A DNA stretch of 23,561 nucleotides from Candidatus Acetothermia bacterium (lineage in GTDB: Bacteria > Bipolaricaulota > Bipolaricaulia > Bipolaricaulales > Bipolaricaulaceae): contig PWTC01000002.1 in the NCBI GenBank assembly GCA_003563005.1, positions 1-23,561 of the forward strand. Reading direction: 5' to 3'. Below are positions 8,864 through 17,198 of the stretch, in pieces. The notes under the pieces were generated by a model that had not been told where the DNA came from, did not search any database, and was given only the letters and a program-made list of their open reading frames with translations. Numbering within the stretch: the first letter of the stretch is position 1; every line of letters begins with the position of its first letter. Both the position numbers and the translations under genes were made by a program.

Positions 8864-8886
8864 AGGCTTGGGTGCATTATACACCC

Positions 8887-11835
8887 CTAACCTCCAACCC
8901 GGAGTCCCTCATCCAATGGTGAGAAGCGGACCCGCGCCTCTCGGAAGGCTGGCACCTCCACCGTGAGCCGCACCCCGCGGAGGTCCACCTCAAGGCCCGT
9001 GCGCAGACATCCGTCCCAGATGCGCAGGACGCTCACACCCAGCTGGCGTGCCGCCCCGATCACCCCATCGAACTCCGCCCACAGGTGCAGGGCCCAGATG
9101 TCGCTCTCCCACACAACCTCCCCTGAGATCCGCTTGAAAACCAGCGGATCGAGGCCGATCCGGAGACCGCCCACGAGCTCTCCCAAGGAAGCCAGCTGGA
9201 CCCGACCGCGGACGATCACGTCCTCCCACTTCAGCGGGTCCAGGTCCGCGGCTCCATCCAACGTGAGTCTCCCGCCATCCCACGCGCGCTCCACCTTCCA
9301 CGAGAAGCGCTGCGGACTGAGCGGGATCGGTACAAAGGACAAGCTGATCGTGACGTCCTCCACGCTCATCTGCCAACGGGCCGGCAGCGCTCTGCCTTCC
9401 GCCAAGTCCAATCCTGCGCTGAATGACTGGCTCCAACCGTCGGACTCGCCGCGCACCGACAGCGTGGTTGTGCTGCGGGGAGGTTGGGCATCGAAACCAA
9501 ACGGCGTCCGCCCCACGCCCCACCGGCCTTGGTAGCCCAAGGTCAGCGCGCCAAGGCGCCACGCGGGAGTGAGAGAACCCACCAAGCGTTCCGTTCCGTC
9601 ATAGAGATCAACCATCATGCTCCAGGGCACCTGGAGGCGGGTGCCCCCGAGCCCCAGCTCGGCCGCCCAGGAGAGCGCCAGGCCGGTGCGCCAGCTCTCC
9701 AGTTCGTCCTCACGGTAGTGCCCGTGCCGTAGGGTCGCCGCCACCGTACCTCCGAGCCACTCCGTGCCGCGGCTGGAGAGCGACAGTTCCGGCAACCGCT
9801 CGAATACGATGCCGTCACGCTCGACGCGTCCCCAAAGGAGCGATCCATCCCAGGCGCCCAGCGGCCCCCGCGCGGAAGCCTCTACTCGTCCGTCCTGCAC
9901 ATCGAGGACGGAGCGCCATGCTCCCCATGGTGTGTCCCACGCAGCGCGCAGGCGGGCTCTTCCCGGGTCCAAGGACAAGTCTCCGCGCTCCCAGAACAGG
10001 TCCAGTGTGGGATGCAGTTCGCCGCGGGCGGGCAGCCAGGTCAACCCTAGCGCGCCCCAGAGCTCTTCCTGCAACGCCCACGGAATCGTCCAGCGCAGGA
10101 ACCAGTCTCCTTCGAGTCGTCCGATTTCGGGGAAAAGCGGCGATGCGTCCTCACCGAGCCGCGCGGCGTACACGGGCAGCCAGCCGGTGGGCACGCCGAA
10201 CGCCTCCACGCGAACGTTCTCCGCGTAGAGCCAGCGCTCCGGAAGCAAGACGAACCGACCCGCCGCGACGCTGTAGGGCGGGGCATCGAGGCAGGGGCAG
10301 CTGGTGAACACCGCATCGCGCGCCTCCAGCCGTGTCACCTCGCCCTCGCTGAAACTGGCGCGCCCCCAGGCAGCACGGTATACGAGCACTTCCTCCTTCT
10401 CGGGTCCGGAGAAGTCCGACCGGCCGGCGAGTCCCTCGGCCACGGCGCTCTCGAGCCCTCCAGAGCGATCGAACTGAGCGACGATGCGGTCTGCCGCAAG
10501 CTCCATGCCCGTGCCTGCAAGCCAGGCGCCACGCGCCTCGACCGTCCAGCCGACCGGCCCTTCCTTCGCCAGAAGCCAGTCGGCCTCGATCTCGTAGCCC
10601 TCGAGCTTGGCCGCCACCTGCCAACCCTCGAGGTACGCAGCGTCCTCCGCCACCACCAAGCGCTCGGCAACAAGCTCGGTGAAAGGTAGCGGCGCCCCGA
10701 ACCCCACCGTCCCGATGAGGAACGCGCCGAGCACCCCCCGCAGCCGCCAGCGGTCGATGGAGACGAATGCCCAGATCCCCAGCGCCACAAGGAGGATGTG
10801 GGGAAGCCAGGCCCCCAGCGAGGCGGGCATCATCCCGCGCCGGGCCATGGTCCGCGACCAGAGGAACAGGGCCTGCGCCGCCCCCACGATCACGAAGCCG
10901 GCGATCGCCCCCGTCGCTCTGCCACGCTTGCCCAGCAACGCGCCGAGCGGCGCGCCGAACAGGGCGAACACCGCGGCCGCCGCGGCGACGGCCAGCTTGG
11001 AGTGATACTCGACCACCAAGTGCCTCGGGTCGAGCCCAGAGCGGGTCAGCAGGTCGATGCGGGCGGAGAGCTCACGCAGGGACATCTCGCTCGGCGTCTT
11101 CCCCCCGAGCACGGCCTGGTGGACGTCCTCACCGACCTCCAGCCGCAGGCTGTCGAATCGGAGGACTTCCTCCAGCACCCCTTGCGCCGTGAACCTGAGC
11201 AGCTGGCCCTCGGACAGGAGCAGATCGCCTCGCTCGAAACGCGCCTCGACGGCCGTCACCACAGAAGGGAAACGGCCTTCGGGGGGGAAGATCCGTCCGG
11301 TCAGATCGTAGACGACGACGCCCCGCGCACGCTCCCCATCGTAGTGCTGCACGTAGTAGAGCTCCCCTTCGTGTCCTCGGAAGAACACGTGTTCCTGAAG
11401 GGTGGGGACCTCGCCACGGTACAAAACGCTCAGGAGCTCCCTGCGGTAGGCCTCTTCCGCTGAGGGCACGACGAACTCGGCCGTCACAAACGAGACCACG
11501 CTGGCGAGGATCCCAAACCAGAGGATCGGGACCAGCGTCCGCCGCAGCGAGTAACCGACCGTCTGGAAAGCCAGGAGTTCACGGTCGGCTGCCAGCCTTC
11601 CCAGGGCCAGGAACACGGACAGCAAGACCCCGGCGGGGATGGCGAAGGTGAGCAGGCTGGGGAGCTTGTAGACCAGCAGCCTGAGCATCGTGCCGGCCCC
11701 GACGCCCCGGGCGAGCATCACGTCCGAGAGCGAGAGCACAAGCTCCAGCCCGATAAACACGAGGAACGCCAGCAACGCAACCCCGAAGGGCGGCCACAGC
11801 TCTCCCCACACGTAACGATCGATCCGTCGCAGCAC
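8887..11835 (-). CDS. Fusion protein: N-terminal LptF/LptG-family permease, extra TM segment, then OstA/LptA-like plus LptD-C-terminal-like domain (982 aa)
   Basis: From GTG 11835 the protein reads MLRRIDRYVWGELWPPFGVALLAFLVFIGL..., i.e. YjgP/YjgQ architecture (3 TM, periplasmic domain, 3 TM, ending about aa 365). An in-frame hydrophobic segment (GVLGAFLIGTVGFGAPLPF) follows. Around aa 507-590, FTSCPCLD...ENVRVEAFGVPTGWLPVY...SPLFPEIG...DWFLRWTIPW aligns with the E. coli LptD block FTTC...WNARFKVGPVPIFYSPY...RRSGFLIP...YFEFYLPYYW. The W/G-rich C-terminus has a lone Cys near its end. The 5' 229 codons of the six-frame ORF (11836-12522) are antisense to miaB and were rejected. Confidence 0.6.
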   Translation of the reverse strand: MLRRIDRYVWGELWPPFGVALLAFLVFIGLELVLSLSDVMLARGVGAGTMLRLLVYKLPSLLTFAIPAGVLLSVFLALGRLAADRELLAFQTVGYSLRRTLVPILWFGILASVVSFVTAEFVVPSAEEAYRRELLSVLYRGEVPTLQEHVFFRGHEGELYYVQHYDGERARGVVVYDLTGRIFPPEGRFPSVVTAVEARFERGDLLLSEGQLLRFTAQGVLEEVLRFDSLRLEVGEDVHQAVLGGKTPSEMSLRELSARIDLLTRSGLDPRHLVVEYHSKLAVAAAAAVFALFGAPLGALLGKRGRATGAIAGFVIVGAAQALFLWSRTMARRGMMPASLGAWLPHILLVALGIWAFVSIDRWRLRGVLGAFLIGTVGFGAPLPFTELVAERLVVAEDAAYLEGWQVAAKLEGYEIEADWLLAKEGPVGWTVEARGAWLAGTGMELAADRIVAQFDRSGGLESAVAEGLAGRSDFSGPEKEEVLVYRAAWGRASFSEGEVTRLEARDAVFTSCPCLDAPPYSVAAGRFVLLPERWLYAENVRVEAFGVPTGWLPVYAARLGEDASPLFPEIGRLEGDWFLRWTIPWALQEELWGALGLTWLPARGELHPTLDLFWERGDLSLDPGRARLRAAWDTPWGAWRSVLDVQDGRVEASARGPLGAWDGSLLWGRVERDGIVFERLPELSLSSRGTEWLGGTVAATLRHGHYREDELESWRTGLALSWAAELGLGGTRLQVPWSMMVDLYDGTERLVGSLTPAWRLGALTLGYQGRWGVGRTPFGFDAQPPRSTTTLSVRGESDGWSQSFSAGLDLAEGRALPARWQMSVEDVTISLSFVPIPLSPQRFSWKVERAWDGGRLTLDGAADLDPLKWEDVIVRGRVQLASLGELVGGLRIGLDPLVFKRISGEVVWESDIWALHLWAEFDGVIGAARQLGVSVLRIWDGCLRTGLEVDLRGVRLTVEVPAFREARVRFSPLDEGLRVGG

Positions 11836-11875
11836 AGGCCATGTTAGCCCCGCTCCCACGGGACGCGCCAGCCGG

Positions 11876-11905
11876 TTGAGCCGGCGGAACGCGCTTGGGT
11901 ATGCT
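11876..11905 (+). promoter_or_regulatory. Candidate promoter for miaB: TTGAGC (11876-11881), 18 nt spacer, TATGCT (11900-11905), 11 nt before ATG 11917. Near-leaderless.
   Basis: Same -35 hexamer as the 1446 promoter. Sits in the divergent 80-bp intergenic region. Confidence 0.3.
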
Positions 11906-11916
11906 CTACACTGCCC

Positions 11917-13221
11917 ATGAACGCCTGCGTCCTTACCTGGGGTTGTCAGCTCAACGCGCACCGATCTGAGGAGATCGCGGGCGTCCTGGCCGCCGCCGGC
12001 TACCGCCTGGTGGAGCGGCCCGAGGACGCCGATCTCGTCGTGCTGAACACGTGCATGGTTCGTGAGCGCGCCGAACAGAAGGTCGTGGGCCGTGTGGGCC
12101 AGCTCAGCGGGCAGAAGCGTGATGGCCGTCCCCTGATCGGGGTGGGAGGATGCATGGCCCAGGGGCGGGCGGAAGCCATGATCGACCTCTGCCCTGGAGC
12201 GGATTTCGTGTTCGGAACTGGCAACCTTGCCGACATCCCCGAGCTGGCTGCGTGTGCCCGCCCCGGGAGGCCGATCGTGTCGGTGCCTGCCCCCGGTCGT
12301 AATGGCACTGCGCTTCCCGTGGTGCGCTCCAGCCGCTTCCAGGCCTATGTCCCCGTCTCCGAAGGCTGCAGCCATGCCTGCGCCTACTGCGTCGTGCCCC
12401 GCGTTCGCGGTCCCTTGAGGTCGCGCCCACTCCCTGACGTCATCGCCGAGCTTCGCCAGCTCGCCGAGGAGGGTTATCTTGAGGCAACGTTGCTTGGGCA
12501 GAACGTGGACGCCTATGGGCAAGATCTGAACGATGGGACGGATTTCGCAGCCCTGTTGAGGGAGGTGTCACAACTGCCTCTGGCCCGCGTTCGGTTCACG
12601 AGTTCTCACCCGGCCTATATCAGCGACGAAGTGCTTTCGGCCATAGCTGAAGCGGGGAACATCTGTGAGCACCTTCACCTCGCGGTTCAGTCCGGGTCCG
12701 ACCGCGTGCTCAGGGCGATGCGTCGGGGATACACACGCGAGGCGTTCGCCCAGCTCGCTGCACGTGCCCGCGCAGCGATTCCGGGACTGAACATCACCAC
12801 GGATGTGATCGTGGGGTTCCCCGGCGAGGACGAGGTGGACTTCGAGGCGACCCTGGCCCTCATCCGTGAGATCGAGTTCGGCAGCGTGTTCGTGGCCGCC
12901 TACTCACCCCGGCCATACACCCGCGCAGCCACCCTCACCGATTGCGTGCCGCCGCAGGAGAAAGGGCGCCGTCTCTCCGAGGTTCTGACTCTTTCTCGTT
13001 CCATCGCGGAAGCGCTTCATCAGAAGCGCTTGGGCGTCGTGGAAGAGGTCCTTGTGGAGGGACTCCTTCCGGGGGATGGACTCCTCCACGGGAAGACGCG
13101 CGACCATCGGACGGTGCTCTTCCCAGGTGATGCGGCTATGATCGGGGCGATGACCCACGTACGCATCACCCGAGCTGCTTCCGGGGCGATGCACGGCATT
13201 CCGGAGGTGGAGCCCACATGA
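11917..13221 (+). CDS. miaB: tRNA (i6A37) methylthiotransferase, radical-SAM MTTase with TRAM domain
   Basis: MTTase N-domain TWGCQLNAHRSE. Radical SAM block SEGCSHACAYCVVPRVRG has the CVVP-RG pattern of MiaB rather than RimO/MtaB. C-terminal TRAM-like region. Confidence 0.75.
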   Translation: MNACVLTWGCQLNAHRSEEIAGVLAAAGYRLVERPEDADLVVLNTCMVRERAEQKVVGRVGQLSGQKRDGRPLIGVGGCMAQGRAEAMIDLCPGADFVFGTGNLADIPELAACARPGRPIVSVPAPGRNGTALPVVRSSRFQAYVPVSEGCSHACAYCVVPRVRGPLRSRPLPDVIAELRQLAEEGYLEATLLGQNVDAYGQDLNDGTDFAALLREVSQLPLARVRFTSSHPAYISDEVLSAIAEAGNICEHLHLAVQSGSDRVLRAMRRGYTREAFAQLAARARAAIPGLNITTDVIVGFPGEDEVDFEATLALIREIEFGSVFVAAYSPRPYTRAATLTDCVPPQEKGRRLSEVLTLSRSIAEALHQKRLGVVEEVLVEGLLPGDGLLHGKTRDHRTVLFPGDAAMIGAMTHVRITRAASGAMHGIPEVEPT

Positions 13222-14186
13222 TCCTGACGGTGACACCGGATCCAGCATTGGACAAGACCTATTGGGTGGATCGCCTGGTGCCCCCAGCGGCCGATCATGA
13301 GGAGGTTCCGGTGCTCCGGGCACGCCGCTCCATGCGGGAAGCCGGAGGCAAGGGGATCAACGTCGCCATGTTCTTGGCACGGATGGGCATGGATGCTGTG
13401 GCCATGGGGTTCCTCGCGGGACACACCGGTCGGATGATCCTTCGGTATGTCCTCGAGGAGGGGGTCACCGCGAACTTCGTGTGGGTGGCCGGCGAGAACC
13501 GTACCACGGTGACGGTGCTCCAACGCGGACAGGAGTTCGCGCCGCTCGTGATCCATGAGGCGGGCCCCCAAGTCCCGAGCGGCTCGACAGCCCGCTTCCT
13601 GAAGAAGTATGACCAAGCGGCCGCCCGGGCGGAGTACGTGGTACTCGGTGGTCGCCTGCCTCCCGGCCTCGCAGTCGACTTCTACCGGGACCTTGCGCAT
13701 ACCGCCAAGGCACGCGGTGCGAAGGTCGTGCTCCACACTGGGGGTGCCCCGCTGTGGAAGGGGATGGAGGCTGGCCCCTTTCTGGTCAAGCCCGACATCC
13801 GCGATCCCGAGTCGCTTACGGCGCTTCCCGCGGGCACCGAGGACGACATCCTCCAAGCAGGCCGCCGCGCCATGGAGCTGGGCGTGGACATGATGCTCGT
13901 CTCGCATCACGTCACCGGCGACGTGCTGATCACCCCCGACAGCATCTGGGACCTCGACGCACGCATCCAGCTCAGTGAGTTCCGCAACCTGATGGGGGCC
14001 GACGACGCACTCGTGGGGGGCATTTTGTACCGCCTCGCTGAGGGAGACGAGCTCGAGGCCGCCGTCCGGTTCGGGATGGCCGCCGCGGTCGCCTCCTCGG
14101 AGGCGGAGGAGAAACTGTGCCGCTGTCGGGAGGACATCGAGCGGGAGATGGCACGGATCGAGATCCACCGGAGACCCCTAACATGA
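13218..14186 (+). CDS. PfkB-family sugar-phosphate kinase (1-phosphofructokinase / tagatose-6-P kinase-like)
   Basis: MILTVTPDPALDKTYWV is the FruK/LacC-type N-terminus. GG dipeptide and C-terminal DxxGAGD-like region of PfkB kinases. ATGA overlap with the miaB stop. Confidence 0.8.
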   Translation: MILTVTPDPALDKTYWVDRLVPPAADHEEVPVLRARRSMREAGGKGINVAMFLARMGMDAVAMGFLAGHTGRMILRYVLEEGVTANFVWVAGENRTTVTVLQRGQEFAPLVIHEAGPQVPSGSTARFLKKYDQAAARAEYVVLGGRLPPGLAVDFYRDLAHTAKARGAKVVLHTGGAPLWKGMEAGPFLVKPDIRDPESLTALPAGTEDDILQAGRRAMELGVDMMLVSHHVTGDVLITPDSIWDLDARIQLSEFRNLMGADDALVGGILYRLAEGDELEAAVRFGMAAAVASSEAEEKLCRCREDIEREMARIEIHRRPLT

Positions 14187-14638
14187 AGGTACGGGAGTTC
14201 ATGCGCAAGGACCTGTCCTCCGTGGAGACGGATACCCCGATCTCCGAGGTGATCTACATCATGGAGCACACGGAGCTTTCCTCGCTGCCCGTGGTGGACG
14301 ACAAGGCCAGGCTGGCGGGGGTGATCTCCGAACGCGACCTCATCCGTGCCGCCTTGCCCAGCTATTTCGACATGCTCCAGTCCACATCAGTCCTTCCCAA
14401 CATCGATCAGCTGGCCAAGGCCCTGGAACGGATGGCCGATCACCCTGCCTCCAGCTACATGACCGAGGCACCGGTGACGGTGCACCCTGAGGACGAGGAC
14501 CTTCAAGTCGCCGAGCTGTTCATCCGCAAGAGGCTCAAACAGATCCCTGTGGTGGATGCCGCGGGGCATCTGGTGGGCATCGTCCGCCGCATCGACCTCC
14601 TGGATCGGTTGAGCCAACGTGGAGTTCGTCGCACTTGA
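14183..14638 (+). CDS. Tandem CBS-domain protein (about 151 aa)
   Basis: Two CBS motifs (…LSSLPVVDDKARLAGVISERDL… and …QIPVVDAAGHLVGIVRRIDLL…). ATGA overlap with the pfkB stop. The true start is internal to six-frame ORF 14117..14638. Confidence 0.8.
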   Translation: MKVREFMRKDLSSVETDTPISEVIYIMEHTELSSLPVVDDKARLAGVISERDLIRAALPSYFDMLQSTSVLPNIDQLAKALERMADHPASSYMTEAPVTVHPEDEDLQVAELFIRKRLKQIPVVDAAGHLVGIVRRIDLLDRLSQRGVRRT

Positions 14639-17120
14639 CCTGAGCTGCACCGGACCGGATCCCGCACGGGACAGGATCTGGCGAATCGCCTGCGTCCGGT
14701 TCCACGGGGGCACGCCTGAGGCCGAGCTGGTGCACACACTCCCATCGGGGCGGGACGAGGCCCTTGCGGCCTCGCAGGCGCTGCTACACAGGGTGAAAGC
14801 CTTCTTGGCGGACCACGTGATCGTCGCCCACAACACCCTCTCCAAACAGGCCTTCCTGACACGCGCCCTGCGCGTGCATGGACTGGAAGCTGAGAACCCG
14901 TGGGTGGATACCCTGACGCTGTCGCGGGCAGTGTGGACCCATCTTGGGGATCACACGCTCGCCGCCGCACGGCGCCGACTGACCCCATCGCTGCCTGCAG
15001 AAGGCGGTGCGCTGTCGGACGCCCTCACCGCAGGCCACCTGTTCGTCGCCGCCTTGACCGCGACGGGATCTCTGCCGGAGGGAGCACGGCACGCCGTGAC
15101 GATGGTGCTCCCGGAGGAGGCTGCCCGATGGATCGTGCCCGTGCAGCGCGCCGCTCCCTCTACGCCACAGCCGATGCCGACGCCCACCTCACTCGACGGC
15201 TGCTTCACACGTCTGCAGGCCGCCTCGGGATGGCAGGACCGGCCTGGGCAGCGTGCCTACGCACAGGCGGTGGCCGACACCCTGGACACCGGACAAACCG
15301 CGCTCCTTGAGGCAGGACCGGGAACGGGGAAGACCTACGGCTATCTCGTGCCCCTGCTCCTCCGACTCCAACACGACAGGGGCCGGGCGGTGGTCGCAAC
15401 ACGTACCCGGGCGCTCCAAGAGCAGATTGTGGCCAAGGATCTTCCTTTCCTCGTCGAGCGCTTGGGCGTCGACATCCGGACGGCCGTGCTGAAGGGACGG
15501 GAGAACTACCTGTGCCCACGCCGTCTCCAGGAGGCGCAGACCCGCCTGCACCCTCCCGAACTCATGGCCCCGGTGCTCGCCTGGGCCGGACGTACCGAGA
15601 CGGGGGATCTCGACGAGGTAGCCGCACTGACCGCGGTCCCCGAGGGGCGTCGCTTGCTGAGCACCCTCAGGGATGTCCCGTATCTGTGCGTCGGCCGGGC
15701 CTGCCCATGGCGTCGCCGTTGCCCTTCCCGTCAGGCACGTGAGAGCGCGCGCGAGGCGCAGCTGGTGATCGCCAACCATGCCCTCGTGGGCTCCGATGTG
15801 GACTCCGAGGGGAGCATCCTCGGGCCGTACGCGTGGATCATCGTGGATGAAGCACATGCGTTCGCGCGCTCCGTCCGTGATGCACTCAGTAGGCGGCTCT
15901 CCCCGGCCTCGATCCCCCCGCTGCTTGGCGCGCTGCGCCGCGGGAAGACCGGAGCACTCGCCCGCTGGGGAGAGCTGGTGCCCGTAGACCTGTGTTCGCA
16001 TGCCTGGAAGGAGGTCGTTACGACGCACCGCGCCTTCTGGTCCGCCGTTTCGCCCCTGCTCGGCGGTGAGACCGGCCGTTACGACGCCCGGTTCACGCAA
16101 CCGGTCCACCACCAGGCCCACGCCCTTAGCGAAAGCCTTCACGCGCTCTCCGGGGCACTCGAGGACCTCGCCGGCCTCCTCCCCGACGAGGAGGCCGCGC
16201 TGGCCAGGGGATTCGCGGCCGAAGCGGTGCACCTGGGCACGTTGATCGAGAGTCTCCTTTTCCCTTCCGAGGAAGACCGCGTCTTCTGGTACACGCAGGA
16301 GCGGTCGGGCCCGGTGCTGGTGGCCTCCCCTGTCGAACTGGGGGAGACCCTGCAGCGGGAGCTCTGGTCAAGCCGTGCGGCCTCGGTGCTCACGTCGGCC
16401 ACCTTGTCGGCGGACGAGGAGGCCAGCACACTGGCGCGTGAGCTTGGCCTCGAGGGACAGGACACCGTGTTCGCCCGCTGGCCCTCCCCATTCCCCTTCT
16501 CGCACGTGCGTGCCTTCGTAACGAAGTTCCTCCCCAGGCCCGATGACCCAAGCTACCCGAAGGCCCTCGCCATGATGGTAGAGCAACTCGCCATCGTCAG
16601 CGGTCGCCGCGGCCTCGTCCTGTTCACCTCGGCGCAGATGCTCCAGGCTTGCCTGGTTCACATGCACGAGGTGGCCACGTTGGCCCAGGGGAGGGACGGA
16701 GAACGGGATCGCCTCCTGACCAGGTTCCGCGAGCTCCCTCCGCCGGCCGTCTTGCTTGGGCTCGACACGCTTTGGGAGGGCGTGGATCTCCCCGGTGAGG
16801 AGCTCGAGCTGCTCGTGGTGGCCCGCCTCCCGTTCCCCGTCCCTTCGGATCCTTTGGTGGAGGCGGAGTGCGAGCGGCTGCAGGCCTCCGGCATCCAACC
16901 GTTCCGAGAGCTGTTCCTGCCGCACGCCGTGCTCAGGTTGCGGCAAGGCGTGGGGCGTCTCGTGCGTAAGGAAGAGGACCGCGGTGTCATCGTGATCGCC
17001 GATCCCCGGGCTGGGACTGCATCTTACAGAAAGGCATTCCTCCAGGCACTTCCAGTGGAACCTACGCTCAGCCGCAGCGTCGAGGAGATCCTGGCTTGCC
17101 TCCCGGAGATCTTCGGCTGA
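14619..17120 (+). CDS. dinG: DinG-family (XPD-like, Fe-S) ATP-dependent DNA helicase with N-terminal DnaQ-like exonuclease domain that appears catalytically degenerate
   Basis: Walker A AGPGTGKT, DEAH box IIVDEAHAF, 4-Cys FeS region (YLCPRR...YLCVGRACPWRRRCP), C-terminal helicase motifs. The N-terminal 150 aa resemble the B. subtilis-type DinG exo domain. GTG start overlaps the CBS gene by 20 nt. Confidence 0.85.
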   Translation: MEFVALDLSCTGPDPARDRIWRIACVRFHGGTPEAELVHTLPSGRDEALAASQALLHRVKAFLADHVIVAHNTLSKQAFLTRALRVHGLEAENPWVDTLTLSRAVWTHLGDHTLAAARRRLTPSLPAEGGALSDALTAGHLFVAALTATGSLPEGARHAVTMVLPEEAARWIVPVQRAAPSTPQPMPTPTSLDGCFTRLQAASGWQDRPGQRAYAQAVADTLDTGQTALLEAGPGTGKTYGYLVPLLLRLQHDRGRAVVATRTRALQEQIVAKDLPFLVERLGVDIRTAVLKGRENYLCPRRLQEAQTRLHPPELMAPVLAWAGRTETGDLDEVAALTAVPEGRRLLSTLRDVPYLCVGRACPWRRRCPSRQARESAREAQLVIANHALVGSDVDSEGSILGPYAWIIVDEAHAFARSVRDALSRRLSPASIPPLLGALRRGKTGALARWGELVPVDLCSHAWKEVVTTHRAFWSAVSPLLGGETGRYDARFTQPVHHQAHALSESLHALSGALEDLAGLLPDEEAALARGFAAEAVHLGTLIESLLFPSEEDRVFWYTQERSGPVLVASPVELGETLQRELWSSRAASVLTSATLSADEEASTLARELGLEGQDTVFARWPSPFPFSHVRAFVTKFLPRPDDPSYPKALAMMVEQLAIVSGRRGLVLFTSAQMLQACLVHMHEVATLAQGRDGERDRLLTRFRELPPPAVLLGLDTLWEGVDLPGEELELLVVARLPFPVPSDPLVEAECERLQASGIQPFRELFLPHAVLRLRQGVGRLVRKEEDRGVIVIADPRAGTASYRKAFLQALPVEPTLSRSVEEILACLPEIFG

Positions 17121-17198
17121 GCTGGGCCCCGCGCGATCCTCCAACTGCCCGCTGCAGCCGGCTTGCGAGCCCCGCGGCCCGCGGATAGGCTCAGGAAC

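Noticed and set aside
7643-8890. 415-aa plus-strand ORF
   Set aside because: Out of frame with ribF and antisense to the pgsA-like gene. Extreme R/G/P composition.
10798-11463. 221-aa plus-strand ORF and other 100-200-aa ORFs (8963-9535, 9764-10228, 10335-10790)
   Set aside because: All lie antisense or out of frame within the Lpt fusion gene. Low-complexity composition.
11836-12522. 5' extension (229 codons) of the 1211-aa six-frame ORF 8887..12522
   Set aside because: The extension is antisense to the well-supported miaB gene. It has a Gly/Arg/His-rich low-complexity composition. The LptF/G homology begins exactly at the GTG at 11835 (MLRRIDRYVW...).
13020-14168. 382-aa minus-strand ORF
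   Set aside because: Antisense to pfkB (clear PfkB N-terminal motif on the plus strand).
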